Origin: Catajapyx aquilonaris | Lineage: Eukaryota | Length of the DNA: 64,000 bases | Direction of reading: 5' to 3' | Assembly (NCBI GenBank): GCA_000934665.2 | Contig: KZ538003.1 | Span: 1-64,000 of the forward strand | Part shown: positions 11,982-25,517 of the stretch, piece by piece | Layout of the letters: every line of letters begins with the position of its first letter | Numbering within the stretch: the stretch's first letter is position 1 | The notes under the pieces: generated by a model | The model's database searches: none | Seen by the model: only the letters and a program-made list of their open reading frames with translations | What the model was told of the DNA's origin: nothing | Translations under genes and position numbers: made by a program

Positions 11982-14900
11982 ACGTAAGCTCGATTAGGAT
12001 AAATTTAATTAAGGAAAACGGCAGAGTGAACAAGGATGGGGGTGATTTATGCATCCTCATGATCTTCAGCAGAGGTTGGCTAGCAGTATGGACAGGAAGT
12101 GTGCGTATAAGCCGCATATGTATGTGTATAAATATATTGGGAGGAGGTCTGCTGTGGAGATGACATAATCCGCTTAATGAGGCCGACGCTATGCAGCTCT
12201 CCAGCCCATATCATTAGTTGCCTCCCCCCACCCATTCCTTCTTCCACTCCGCGAAATTGTGTGTATTTTTGTTTAGGGAATGGAAGTGGGTCCGACTCCT
12301 AGTGGCGGGGAACCCTTCTTTGTCAATTTTGCCAGCCCTCTTACCTAATGAGATGGCCCGATGGAGGTAAATGACCGGTTGGTACCAGGTGAAAGTGTAC
12401 GAAACGACGTGCAGATTTGGCACCTCGGACTCATTGCAGGTGGGCCCAAGTGCATGAAATTGCATAGTTTGTTGTAATTAATAGGACGGCAGGGATTTCC
12501 TCACTTTCCCAAACTTCCCTCCCCCCCTCCCACTTCCCCACCCACTTTATTTCTCCCACCTTCTGAAATGTATGCCTGGCACGAAACCTTTATAATGGTC
12601 AGGGATATTTCTGGACGAAGGAGCGAGGCGCAAATAATGAAGCAATTAAAATGGGGCCTAGAGTATGATCCAGCAGGCTCAGTTTCAACTCGTTTACGTA
12701 TAGAAATGTCCTGAATGCAGTGTTTGAACCTAGTGTTTTTTTTTCTTGAGCATTGGCGCCTCCTGGTGGATACAATTGGGCCGCTTGGAGCGCTGTTGCA
12801 CGTAAACAACATGGATGTTTTAATAGGGAGGATTTTTTTTTAGGTAGTGAACCACATTGGAAACTTTGGCCTCTCTCTGAAGCGGCGTTAACCACTTGGA
12901 TAGTACATCACCTTCATTAGTACTCCAGAGTTTCAAGCCCAGAGTTTGGCCGCAGCTCCAACTTGGAACCATGTCTTTTTTCTCTTACAACCTAACCTTC
13001 CCCCGCCACATTTTTTTTTTCACTCTCTATCTTCGTCTTCTCCAGTAGTCCTCCCCGGAAAACTGGGGGAATGGGGGGAAGGAGGGGGGCCCGCACAAAC
13101 CTGCTAGTTCCCGCTCGGCAGGTCCCGGCAATCAACGTTATGTTTGAGCTTGAGCAACTTCGATGACGAACCCGCCCCCGTGATTTCGCGCTATAACGAA
13201 CAGGTATCGGAACGACTCCTCGGCGCTTTACTGGCTGTGGCCTCTTCTCCTGATTGGTATGCATTAGGACGCCGCCACCAGGAAGGCAAGTCGCTTGCTT
13301 GGAAAGGGGGGGGGGGGGAAGGTGGGGAGGGCAAAAACTAAGAGTCTTAAATTCCGAACCTTAGTTGCTAAAAAGTGCACTGTCGACAGTGTCCAAAATA
13401 TTCACTGCTATAGTAAGGAAACAATGCTAGCACCCGTTTTAAAAAAATCAGAGAACCTCATTATGCGCCCCTGTAAATAATGAATAATGGGTCTATAAAA
13501 ATGGGTCATTAAGACGGCCCGAGAGCTGCTGACCGCCGCAGTCATAAAAACGTTCTCCGGAAGAAAAAAAAAGTATAGGGGGTGAAAAAAGGGCTGACAA
13601 GGCCGACCGGTCCGCTTGAAGTAACGCAGTAGCTATTTACTTACGCCCTCTAATTGCCGTAATTGTTTTCTTTTTTTCACCCTCTCCGCCTGCTCATTTT
13701 GTTTGTCTCAACCTCCCCCCTCCTCCCAGTCTCCCCACCTGGCTATTAGGTAGGCGGGTATCACCTGCAGGCGAGATACGCTGGAGCTGTTTTCTTGTGG
13801 GGGTCTTTTTTGTGGACTTTGGATATTCCGTTTCCTTGTTGGCAACACAACAGAAGGATTCGCGGTGCTGAATGAGCAATTGGAGGGACCCACTGTCCTC
13901 TTTCTTTGGCCGATGAAAGGACTAGGGCCCTTTTTTTCTTGACAAAAAAATGCAGTCAAAGAACGATTTGGAAGGTGCCAAATGGCACGGTTTGAGCTGC
14001 CTTTATGTTTTCAGCTGTAATCACATTTTATAAATATCTCAGTTTCATATGTGCCCTACGATGATTCAGAAGTTTCTGTGGTGCCATCTGCTTGAATCTG
14101 GCCACAATATATATGTGGTGTGATGATACGATCGAGTTTTAATTAATTAACGGAAATTAATCAACTTAACTATATTAGTTTAATCAATTTGGCGTATTAA
14201 ACACAGCGGGGGGTGACTCTATTATAAAAGCAGTGTTGGCCAATTTTGGCGAATCTTAATCGATTCTGAGGCACCCTGTACAGCACCAGGGTGATGTATC
14301 ACGCAGGGCAACCGGATAGCGTAGGATAGGGAAGCCCTGCAGTGTAAAGGAGAGGGATAATCAATCTTGTAGCAGCCACGGATCTCTTTTTACATGTGAC
14401 CCAGGACAGCTTTTGAGTGCATTCTTCACGTCGAGGGGTAGTGAAGACATCATTGATGCCGAGACATGTGGGGGTGTACAGGGAGGTCAAAGGAGCAAGT
14501 CTTGGGGGTTAAAACCCTGGCTCATATAAGGGGGGGTAGTGCAGCAGTGGATATTTCAAGGATCGATCTCTCTAAGCCTTTGGGAGGAAAAGGCGAGATA
14601 AATCAGTGTCATTATTGGCGTGCTACCCGTTCACCAATTGTGTCTGTGATGAATAACGGTTATGACAGGTTTTCAGGTTTGAAGCAAGGTTTCCTTGTCA
14701 GTGCCCAAAAGTAGGCTTAGAAAAAGAGGGAAGATTTTTTTCCAACCCACTTTTGGGAGAGAGATGGATTTCGAAAATATTTTGAGATGAAAATGACTCA
14801 ATTTGAGCAAAAATTATTTTTAATCTGAATGTTTTCAAATTAAGTTCAATTAACTGGAAAAATAACTCAAAATCGTCCGACACCATATTTTTGAAAAAAG

Positions 14901-15508
14901 CTATAGATACCATTCATCATGGTAATAAATAGGAAACTCTGGAAATGTGAAGTCTATACTATAATAGCAATGTTAGACATTTGAGTTAACAGAGAATGCA
15001 CAATTTTGGAGCATAAAAATCAAAATTGTGCTCTTTGCATCTCAACTCGAGTGAGATAATATGTATTCAAGCATTTCCATCGGCTGCTTCCTCAACAATG
15101 CTTTGTGACTGGAGCCTACGGGGGTCCTCGTCTTGTCCTAAATTAACACCCTTGTTGTTATTACCCCCGGAAACAAAGGCTGTGCATTGCCATCCTCCAA
15201 GTAACTCTTCGGCGGGTGTGCTCAAAGCAGTGTGAACCTTCCCGTCTCCTTCTCCTTGTTTGTGCAACATGAAGAACAACACCTAAAACTGTTTGCAAAA
15301 GCGGGAACCTTCTTAGTGGCTTGCGGAACTCTAAGTTTATCGTAATTAAACTTCCCTGACTGCCTTACCTTGCCTGCCTGCCTAGACATTCCCCCCTCCA
15401 AATTTCATGGGATAACTTGCTCTCAACTCGACGTCGCCCTGGCGTATACTTGTGTCGTTTAAACTTGCACATCCTTACACCCGGTTTCACCCGCCGAATT
15501 AGCCTGAT

Positions 15509-15564
15509 TCAACTGCGCATCCTTACAGCGCAGTCATCAACTGCGCATCCCTACTGCGCATTCA
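15509..15564. repeat. 28-bp tandem duplication
   Basis: tcaactgcgcatccttacagcgcagtca / tcaactgcgcatccctactgcgcattca. Confidence 0.85.
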
Positions 15565-15641
15565 GTCTTGGAAATAACGCCCGAATTTTTTCAAACATTT
15601 GGTGGACACTACTAATATTGTCTGTTTTGTCCTGTTTCCAG

Positions 15642-15679
15642 GTGGAGGTCGCACCATCACTGCTGCTCCTTCATCCCAC
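15642..15679 (+). other. Candidate 38-nt internal exon
   Basis: Branch-like tactaat (15610-15616), tgtctgttttgtcctgtttccag acceptor, and cac|gtaagt donor. Confidence 0.45.
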
Positions 15680-18536
15680 GTAAGTAACTCGGAAAAAGGG
15701 GACGGAAGATTGCATGTCGGGAAGAAAAGGGAGGGGAAGACAAATTAAGGCAGGTAGAGGTGGGGGTTGGTGGGGGTTGGGATCTCCCCCATTTTAATTT
15801 GGCGGGTGCCATGGCTGGAGATAGGCGAGTCTTTGGCGTGCCAGAGGCCTAGTTGGAACTCCCTGACTCCTTTTCCCCCACCCTCCCCTCCAACCCCTAC
15901 TGCTTATTAGTGCAGGTCTGCTCCACTTGTTAGGCCTGATATAATGCGTGGCATGCCCTTATTGTAGGCTCCAGGGAGGGAGGGATTCATAATCACCCCC
16001 AGGCCAAGTTTCCCCATTTTGGCGTCTTGAAAGGGAGTCGGACGACTCCGGTTGCAACCAGGGGGTGAGAAACGTGGTTTGTTCGAGTGTGCACCTCGTG
16101 TGTTGCCATGTACGGCGGTAACTGTCGCTGGTTATGATTCATAGCTGTTTCGATAGGCTCATCCTGGAAGTTAGACCACAGGGTAACAATCAAGCAGTGC
16201 GGGTTGCCCTGCTCTGTTAGGATAACATGTGTGACTGCTTTTTCGACAACATATGAAGGGGGGAAAAAATGATTGCATGTCAGTAGGTATCGTCGTCATC
16301 GTGTCACGTATTATTCGGCGCATGGTGTGACTAATGAAACCCTTCTCGGCGAGTGCCCTCGTCACACTCGGTACAAGAATGAGACGCCCTTTCTTTTTTG
16401 TGTGTGGGTATATACTTGAAGGCTTCCCCCTCCCATCAAAGTAGGGCTCCAAAATGGGATGAGGAAGTTTCGTGATTGTTACCACGTGTTTGCGCCCCGG
16501 GTTGGGCGGAGGGTTTCTACCGTTTGGGGGTATAGCCTACATTGGGAGTGGAGTGCCCAGCGTGGGAAAATGTAAGGGGGGGAAAAAAAGTTTCTCCTTC
16601 GAAGCTTCTTTTCGTGTTTACCCTTATTTCCGGCGCAAGTCTCGCTCTTGATTATCTCATGGTCGTAAAATTGCACTCGAAAATAATTTGAGGAGTTTTT
16701 GAAAATATTATTTTTTTACCGTACACGGTGCAAGCCATTTTAGCTCACGATTGGAGTTGAAATTGTCCAAATTTGTGCTGGACCAAAGATTCAGTTCAGT
16801 TCAGGTCCTGAAGCAGGATAATAATGTTCATGACCGCATGTAAGCAATTACGTCAATCAGCTGTCACTACTGAAACATTAAATGTTAATAAATGCGTTGC
16901 CTTTGCAAATTACAAATAATTAATATTAATCGCTTTGTTTATTGGGTATGGAAGAGTTGGGTGGAGGGGGGGGGGTAGTGACTATCAATAACATTAATTC
17001 TCGTCAAAGTGAGTAATTTTAACGCGCATGCATTTTTCAAGGGCGGATAAGCTTCATTATTCATATTTTGATCGGAATAAATTGTAGCACGAATTGGCCC
17101 GGACACATGTTGCAACAGTATGGTTTTCGGTCGCCATGTCGGTTATACACGAGACACTAAAAATAAACCGCTGGAAAAATGTGAAACTGTAAAGAAGTTC
17201 TGGAAGACGGTTCCCGAGCTTTTCTGTCAAGGAGAAACCTTTTGTAAACCTTGAAGAAATGAAGCTTCTGAAATTCATTCATTCAGCTTGGAGATTCTAG
17301 CTGCTCTTCACATTTGCGGTCGGATATGCTGAAGTTTTTTTCTTCTTCTCTTGTCAGAATGCCAGCACAATGTGACCTGATAGGCCTATTTTATTTTCCA
17401 TCTTGTCAAACCCGGGTTTCACTGCAAACAAACAAAATGTATATTGCATCAGGTCAGCTGCCGCCATGTTATGCTTCAAGTGGGGAATTTTTTCGAACGA
17501 GGTAATTATTATCCGGTATCTTGTTCACGGTTATTGCCTTATTCACACTGTTAGGTTGTGAACTATCGAAAGGAAAATGTGATGGTTTGGTGCACATGCC
17601 GTAATAGGAGCTTACTTCGGGTCTGTTCTGATGGCAATTTAATTATAACGTGAGGTTATGCAGCTGCACATTACGAGTGATTAGTGCTCGTAGATATTGT
17701 GTGCGGTGGATTCATGGGGTCAGAAAAAAAAGAGAGTCTCCCTCTCCCCAATTGTTTGGGTTGCATCAAAAAGAATCATGTTTGTCCAATTACGCTTTAT
17801 ATCTTGAAATGTGAGTTACGTGCACACACTGTTGCCCCTGGAGAGTTATGGAGCAAAAAAAAAAGAATGCGAAGTGACCAGTATAAAACGCATCCCGATG
17901 TTGCCACAAGCCCGAATGTTTCGAGACCGATAAGCAGTGATTGTCGAATGGCATCCCGGATTTTCATTTGCACTCTCCCCCCCTACCAGTACTTGTTTTT
18001 TTTTTTTTTGTGCACACCGGACAACCACCGCACTCGAAAAACCCTATACCAAATACCCGCAGCAAACTGAGAGGACAGCAGCTCGTTATGAAAAATAATC
18101 ATATTTGGGGAGTGGGGTGGGGGGGGGGGGGCACAAAAACCCGGCCGTTTTGCATATAATGTCCATTGCAGAAATATTGGATCAAACATGTCATCCGGCA
18201 TTTTGGAAACCGGGTGTCTCCAGCTCACTTAAGGGCGTGTTTGCTGCCGCAGATCCATTACACTCCGACCGTAAAAAAATAAATAAATAATTTTAATGCA
18301 GCTTGGGACAGCCTCGGGATTTCAATTACATTGCGCTTAACGTCCGCATACAGCACGGTCCTTCAGTCGTAAAGCAAACGGAGAAGAAGAAAAAAATGGC
18401 GACTGGATAAGATCTAGCCATGTGCTGTAGAGCTATGAAAATGTAGGCAAGTTTGTAATAGCTTAGTAGGATGTACTTATATTTTTATAGATTGATAATT
18501 TATTACTGGCATCTGCATGCAGTTTAAATGATGAGC

Positions 18537-18626
18537 TCATAGTATAAACGGGAAGTTTTTCTGTATGTCTGAGCTACCTAACCCACTTTCTGACTACTGA
18601 GAGTGCTGAAACTTGCCACACTGATG
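18537..18626 (+). mobile_element. Helitron-like 5' fragment, copy 1
   Basis: 18563-18626 matches 29957-30020 at 53/64 ungapped positions, including the exact 18-mer gctacctaacccactttc. The TC..TATAAA start, gtatgt tract and ctgaaa(t/c)ttg.cacac block resemble 5' ends of insect non-autonomous Helitrons; the family assignment is inferred. Confidence 0.6.
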
Positions 18627-21600
18627 GCTTCTCTGACAAGTGAGTGAGAAAAACTGCCCCAAAATTTATAATGTGTCTGGTCTGTGACGATTCTGGCTAC
18701 TCGTTGAATATACATACATAATGGTAGTGACATCACCGGATTTAAACGTCGTATGTAAATTTAAACATCCTTTCTGAATCTAGATATCGACACCATCCAA
18801 TATTATTTGGTACATTTCTTGCAGAGATGATCCCGGACTTTAATCCGGAGGCCAACTTGCACTTGATGAGTAGTTGCCCCCAACCGTCTCCCTTGCTTAA
18901 TCCCTTGGCTTCTTCTTCCAAAGGCAAATGTTGACTATCACCTAATACTTCCTAGGTGAGCGTAATTAAGCTTGGGCTATACTTGCCGGATTATTTCATT
19001 TATGGCGAGGCCCCCCCCCCCGTCCTGACAAGCGTGCGTGTCCCTATATGCTTAAGTGTAATACCGGGGAGTTTGCTGTAGTTTGAAACTTCGAGCTCAA
19101 GTTGAGGGGGGGGGGGGGGGGAGGATCTCTCACTCCCCCTCCTCTCCCCACTTATATCCCTCCCCGCTCCCTATCCGTTGCCTCCCCGGGCAATATTAAT
19201 TAATAATTGTTGGCCAATATCGGCTCGATCGTTTTCTCTTGCCTCTGGGGAGAAGCCGGGGCCGAGTTCATTAGTTCATTAAAGGAAATCGGGGAGTGCA
19301 CGGGGAAGGTGAGGGAGGGGGGGGGGGACCAGGGGGAAAGAGGGGAGGGATATTAACCTGGACGGAAGTCATTAGCAGGCTATCGGATCGAAGGGCTCTA
19401 ATGACAGAGTTTGGCATGTAGTGAAGTCCAGAAAAATAGGTTTAGAGGGACGGAAAAAAAAGTATGGTGGAATCCGAATGTATAATGTAAAATATGGGGC
19501 ATGCGCTGTTGGGGGGGTTGGTGGGGGGGGGGGGTCGTTTTTTATTTTTTAAACTGAAATGCTGTTACAGTAATTAATTTGACGCCTGGAGGCAGCACGA
19601 GACCTAAGTGGCTGCCAAACAATGTTTTTGTGCAAGCACGCTGGTCTGTTGTGTGGTGAAAGCATTTAGTTAAATGATTGCGGGACATGGACTTGTTCTT
19701 TTAGCGGGTCGTTTTTGTCATGGTGGGTACGATATAGTGACAAGTTACAAGCAGTGGACACATAGTAATTGAATTAATACTTTAATATTATTGAGTGAGT
19801 CATCCAAATATAGTAATATACTCGTCAGAGTGAAAAGCACTCAAATTAAACACGAAGGTATATTAAAAAATCTTTCGAGAGTACTGTGGGGTTGGCCACT
19901 CTTTTTGGTATAGTGTACACATAATTCATGATCACGTTTTTATATAGAAAAGCATTGGGGCCTACACATAATAATTACTACAATAGCAATGTATTACACT
20001 ACAAAATGTACACTTGCTATACTTTGTGTGACATACAAATGTGAAAAATATTCCAGATTTGGAAGAAACAATGTTATTACGTATATTTACCCAGTACACA
20101 CCGCTAGATTTTATTAGCGCCTTATTTAAAATAACAATGTACAGTACACGACGAATGTCATTTTAGCCATAAGTCACATATGAAACAGGAGCTTGGGGGG
20201 CATATAGAGCAAAAAATATATATATTTAGCTGAGCAGCCCCCAGCGGAAGTGGTAGGATATTATTTATTTGTTTGCCTCCAGGGATACTCTGCATAGCTT
20301 CAAAACGACCAAGTAAAATGCAACACACTCCCAGCGAAAGCATACATGGTAAACGTCATGAACTGCAGTTGTTGCGGTTTCCTGCGAGGAAATGCAAAAA
20401 GGACCTCCGCATTATTTTAAGAAAATGCAGTCTGTATAATTTACTCGAGCAACATGTTTTTTCCAACCGGCCTTGGACTTTTGTTGACTCGCTGACCTAT
20501 AGGTGTCCGTCCTGCTGACCACTGGCTATATGTTACATTTCACACGAACTAGAGAGATGAAGGCCGTTCTATTTATTTATTCTCTAGCTATTTGCCAGGT
20601 TAGAAGCGTGAGCAAAAAAATATTGGCCAGCATCAGCCCGTGGTGTGGTCATCACCGGTGGAAATAAAATCAAAATGCTAACGTGCTGTGTGACGGGTAT
20701 AATGTGCTGCAGTGGCAGTGTGGTTTGGGTCAACACTGCACATAGCTGCCCTCCTCTATTTAGGCATTATGGGTCGGACCATGCAAATATAATTGGATAA
20801 TTGATCGCATTAAGTAATGCGCAGTACAAGATTACAAAAGTGGAATGTCGATCAGCGGTTTGGTCGTAAATTAATAGCGGGCTGTAAACAGTCATCTGTC
20901 ATCATTTTGGTCCGATTTTTTGGGGGGTGGGTGGGTGGGGTGGTCGGTTGGTGGGGGACACATCAGCATGGCAACCGCGCGTAACTGCATCACTTTTATG
21001 CTAATAGACGAAGAAGCATCAATAGGGCGAGTCAAAAACGCGTGTGCATTGCAGANACCACACCCTCTACCCCCCCCCCCCTCCACACCATGCAGTGAAA
21101 GCAGATTATGGAAATTGGCCAACGAGTTTTGAATTAGCCTAATTGCGTGATATGCACAAGACTAATCCATAATTACAAAGTCGCTTTCAACAAAGAAACT
21201 TGTACAATGTGTAATATTTGATTGTCATGATGCCCGTTTACACTGCGGCTGGCAAATATTGACCGTAAACATTGTCTGTAAATTGCTTGTAAATATTGCC
21301 CCTCCATCTGCGGCCCACCTGCATTGGTGGAAGCCAAATTTTGTTGTAGGGTGGTTGGGGGGGTGGAATAGTCCAATGGCTGCTTGAGCATTCATGTGTT
21401 GGGCCATCCTATTACCGGAGCTAAGCAGCCGTCATCTGCAATTCCCTGCAGATGCGCTCCTTTTTTTTTTTCTTCTCCATGATGCTGGCTGCTTCAAAAC
21501 CGGGGGACGAGATTGGCGCCCAAAAACGTTTGAGAAATCGTCGAACAAGACATTTATATTGAGGGATTTCCTTTTAGCGTGTATGAGACCTGGCTGGAGG

Positions 21601-23178
21601 AGCTGAAGGGGTGGGAGGTAAGAGGGAGAGGGGGGGAGGGGGCAACATGTTCCCAGATGCCTTTGACAAATGACATCGTTTCTCACCGCTGGCTGTGGGG
21701 CGAAGTGTCGCTGGATTTCTCATATTCCGTCCTTGCAAACTTTCATTACTGGGCCGACAATAGGGCGGAAAAGAAGAGATTAAGGAGACGGGCTTAATGG
21801 CGGGTTCCCCAATCCAATTCCATCAGGAGAAATTCCTCAAAATAAATGGGGAAGGACCAACCGCTGACTACGCTCAACGTAACGCGACGCAACGAACGCA
21901 CCATAGCAACAGCGAGCTACTTAACGCGACCAAGACGGTTAATTATTTGATTAGTACAGCGGCAACCTTGAGGCAGTTTTTGCCAGTAATGTCATGACGA
22001 TAATGTGATAAAGTGACGGTTTGCTTATTAGCCCAGGTTATTTAGCGAGAGGAGGATGAGAGAGAAAAGAGGGTCTTTGTCGGAGCAAAGGCAGCGAAGA
22101 AAGTAATTCAATTTCTTTTACTTTTGGTATACCAGAGGAGCAAGGGGGGTTGATGCTGGCGGCTTGGGAGTTTGATCATTACTCTTGGTTGCGGGCAACT
22201 TACTTACCCTACATTAAGAGTATGTGTAAACATGTGTCCTTTTTGCTGAGAGCCGCCTGATTAAGTGTGTGTCGTCTTCAGCAACTTTTTCAAAGCGTTG
22301 TTGTTGCAGGAAGCTGCCACCTGGCTTTCACAAAGGTCATGACTTGGGTCGTGTACTGAGGGAGTCACACACTTTCCAGATGAATAATTGCTGCCGCTAA
22401 TTGAGTCGCACCGCTCTTGAGGACAAGGAGTCGTCACGGTTTGCTGTGCTGACTGGGTGAAAAGTCACGCATGGCAGTGTTAGGCATGAGCAATGGCCAA
22501 TTATTTTTTTCCCCGAAAATTCGATGAGTGGCAAAAAGAAAGTTTCCTTCCTTCAAGATCGATTTGGTAGGTGTATCCTATCATCAAGTATAGAAGGATG
22601 AAATTGGGGTGGGTTCTCTTTAGGTGTAGGAAACCGTTTGGGCAGAGAAATCGCGTTTCCTTCGAGACCACAAACACAAAAAGGTTCATTTAGCTTCCAT
22701 TTCCTATCTGCCAGAGCCTGGGTGGCCTGTGAAGCCCAGCAGCCTGCCTCCCCCCCAAAAAGTCCCATTTTTTTTGGAAAGCAAGGACCGGCGCCTTCCC
22801 TCCCTCCCCCCCTTAAAAAAACGGATCATTACAAGAAGGGGGGGGGGAGGAGGAAATTAAAGATCCAAAAGATGCTGCATGTTCCTCCTGCGGGGGCCTT
22901 ATTAATGCCCTTTGTTTAGTAAGATATGACGAAGGAGCAACGTTGGGGGGAGGGAATTCCCCCCACCCCCGCCCCCCACCTCTACTTTCATTACCCGCGC
23001 TTAATTTCGAATTGGGTTGGGTGTGGTGGGGAGAGGAAGCGGGGGAAGGGGGTAGGCCCAATCGAATGAAGAGGGGAGGCTTTATTATGAGGCTCGGATA
23101 TTAGGCCACCGTAATTACTAGAATATGGAATGACCTGGATGGGGAAAAAGGGCGAGGAAAAAAAATAATGTTGGGCGC

Positions 23179-23224
23179 CGCCATTTTTGGTCCTCAGTGG
23201 TCGCCATTTTTGGTCCTCAGTTGT
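23179..23224. repeat. 23-bp tandem duplication containing CGCCATTTT
   Basis: cgccatttttggtcctcagtggt / cgccatttttggtcctcagttgt. Confidence 0.9.
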
Positions 23225-23454
23225 AGTCGAGTAATCTGGCAGTATTTCCTGGCTACACCTGACAGGACGAGGTCAGGTTCATATTAGGAGGGTGGCCCCT
23301 TTTGCGGAGGGCGAGGTAAAAAGGCAGTAATGTGAACGGGGCCTAATGGAGTGGAGCACTACGGAAGACCTCTCCGAAAAGTTGGGGGGTGGTGGCAGAA
23401 GAACAATGCGAGAGGCAGGCTTGGAAAGAGGAGGAGGAGGAGGAGGGGGGGGGG

Positions 23455-23547
23455 NNNNNNNNNNNNNNNNNNNNNNNNNNNNNNNNNNNNNNNNNNNNNN
23501 NNNNNNNNNNNNNNNNNNNNNNNNNNNNNNNNNNNNNNNNNNNNNNN
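23455..23547. other. Assembly gap (93 N)
   Basis: Run of n directly after a (gag)n + poly-G tract. Confidence 0.99.
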
Positions 23548-23937
23548 CACGCTCTAATACCCGGTCATTAAAGACACCCCCGTCTAGTTTTTTTTTTTGG
23601 GGGGGTGGGGGTACTCGTTACACCGTGCTTCCTTCTTACACTGGAATAAATAGCGTAACGAGAAACACCTGTGCACCTGCTGGTGATGAATCGACCCCGA
23701 CTGTTAGTTCCAGGTGTCGGTTAGGGGGGGGGGGGCGGGGGTGGGGCGGCGCCCCCTGCAAGTGACCTGGCAACGTTTTCCATTAAGACGTGGCAATCAA
23801 CGGGGGCCGGCCCTTTTGCACCCAGCATGGCTTTATCAGCTAATTCTGGACCATTAGCGACGGGGCCCACTCCGGACCCTTTTTACCCCCGCCCTTTTCT
23901 CCAAGCTGCCTTCCACTTCCACTTCTCAAACCCTCCC

Positions 23938-23958
23938 CACCACCACCACCACCACCAC
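23938..23958. repeat. (CAC)7 microsatellite
   Basis: Direct reading. Confidence 0.9.
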
Positions 23959-24615
23959 CCTCTCAGCCCCTACCAGGCACTTGCCAACTTTTTCGAGATG
24001 GAGCCACGTCTGTGGGCTGCCAATTTCATGTAACACTAAGTGAGGGTCGATTTATTGCATGCGAATAATTGTATGTGGATGTCACGCTCCGTCACATCAG
24101 TAGTGTGTGACGAATAGTTAAAATGTGCAAAATATTAATTATGCAATTATTTCGTACAATTTGGTCTAATTGTTTAAAATAATATTGAAATAATGGTTCA
24201 TACGATGGGTATTGTTGCGAGTAAGTAGATGGGAGCAAAAATGGTACAGTTTGCCAGCTTGCCACTCTAGAGGATTGCGGGGGGTCGGGAGTAGTAAGGG
24301 GGTGGAGTAAGAGGAAGGAGGAGGAGGAAAAAGACTGGAGTGGTGGCCACTTTGGATGGAGAAGGTTTTAGGCTGCTTCGATGCACTCAGCCCCTTCCAT
24401 CAGCCGCCAAGCCAAGAAGCCTAGAGAAATTCGGGATCAAAACAATTCTTGTCGCTGTTAGTTTTCTCAGCACTGCAGAACTCCCCTCCCGAGGATGATC
24501 GCTGCTCCTAATTTGACGAAATCAAATGCAATCGACATCTCTTTGCAAATCATTACGCTGAGTTATGTGGAACGAGTGAGGCTGCTTGAAAGAGCGGAGA
24601 CAATTACGTTTTAGT

Positions 24616-24661
24616 TAACAGTTATCACTGGAAAATAATTTTTTAAAAGTGATAACTGTTA
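24616..24661. repeat. Perfect 14-bp inverted repeat with 18-nt spacer
   Basis: taacagttatcact (24616-24629) and agtgataactgtta (24648-24661). Confidence 0.85.
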
Positions 24662-25325
24662 CTTAGACGTTATTTTTCCGCTCTATCAATTTTTGAGCTC
24701 TGTACGTATATTAATAGTCAAAGAAATCAGGGGGCAATAACAGTGACGCATTTTTGGATCGCTGCTAGTGGATGCTGAGCAGTTACAATAAAATCGCTGC
24801 TATTATATGTTTGGCGCTCTGTATTTTCTTCTTAGAGCTTCGAGGAATGATTTTTTTGTCAAACTGTAAGGGAGTAAATCAGCGTGTCCAAGCAATGGGT
24901 GCCATTTGGGGAGCCAGAGAGGGTGCAAAATAAAAAAGAAGAGCTCAGAGCACGTCTGTGGGCTTGTGGAGATTTGAGTTGGGTGGTTTTTGGGGGAGGA
25001 GGGTGGTGGGGAGAGGCGCCATTTACGGACAGATGCTTCCTCCCCCTCCCCCCTTCCCCTCCCCCATCCCCCACCCTCCAATTAGACTCATGTAAACTGC
25101 GGACTGGCAAGAGGAAGACCTCTTTTCATCTGTCAGGTGGATTACGCGGTGGGAAATTGAGGGGATAATGTGATTCCATTCCTGTAGTTGCCAGGGTTAC
25201 GCCAGAAAACCCCCCCTCAATTTGCCTCATTTCGCACGGACTTGGACATTTCTGGAAGCCCGTCATGGAATTTGGGTGTGGTTAGGACCCCAGCTACAGG
25301 GTGATCTCGTCCTTCCGGAGCTAAT

Positions 25326-25517
25326 AGTGTGTCGAAAATCGCCTGATTTAGCAGCAATTTTAGCAAATAGCGTACTGCTACTCTAAAATAACCGCTACTT
25401 GAGAATAGCTGCTCATAATCGCTGCTATTTTCAGCTAACGTCCCAGAGTAGCTGCTAATTTCAGATAACGGCCCGGAATAGCTGCTACTTTGAAATAACT
25501 GCTATTTGTCCCACACT
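25326..25517. repeat. AATAGC(A/T)GCTA-rich repeat block, likely non-autonomous DNA element
   Basis: Many copies of aatagctgct/aatcgctgctattt/aataaccgctac bounded by agtgtg...cacact inverted ends. Confidence 0.65.

Noticed and set aside
20713..20740. tggcagtgtggtt matches the first 13 nt of arthropod miR-34-5p and forms a small stem with acactgc
   Set aside because: The sequence diverges after 13 nt, and the stem (~7 bp) is far too short for a pre-miRNA.
25326..25517. Regularly spaced short motifs as a CRISPR-like array (also 40754-41029 and 56388-56504)
   Set aside because: Repeats are degenerate and irregularly spaced without unique spacers; eukaryotic context and no cas genes.
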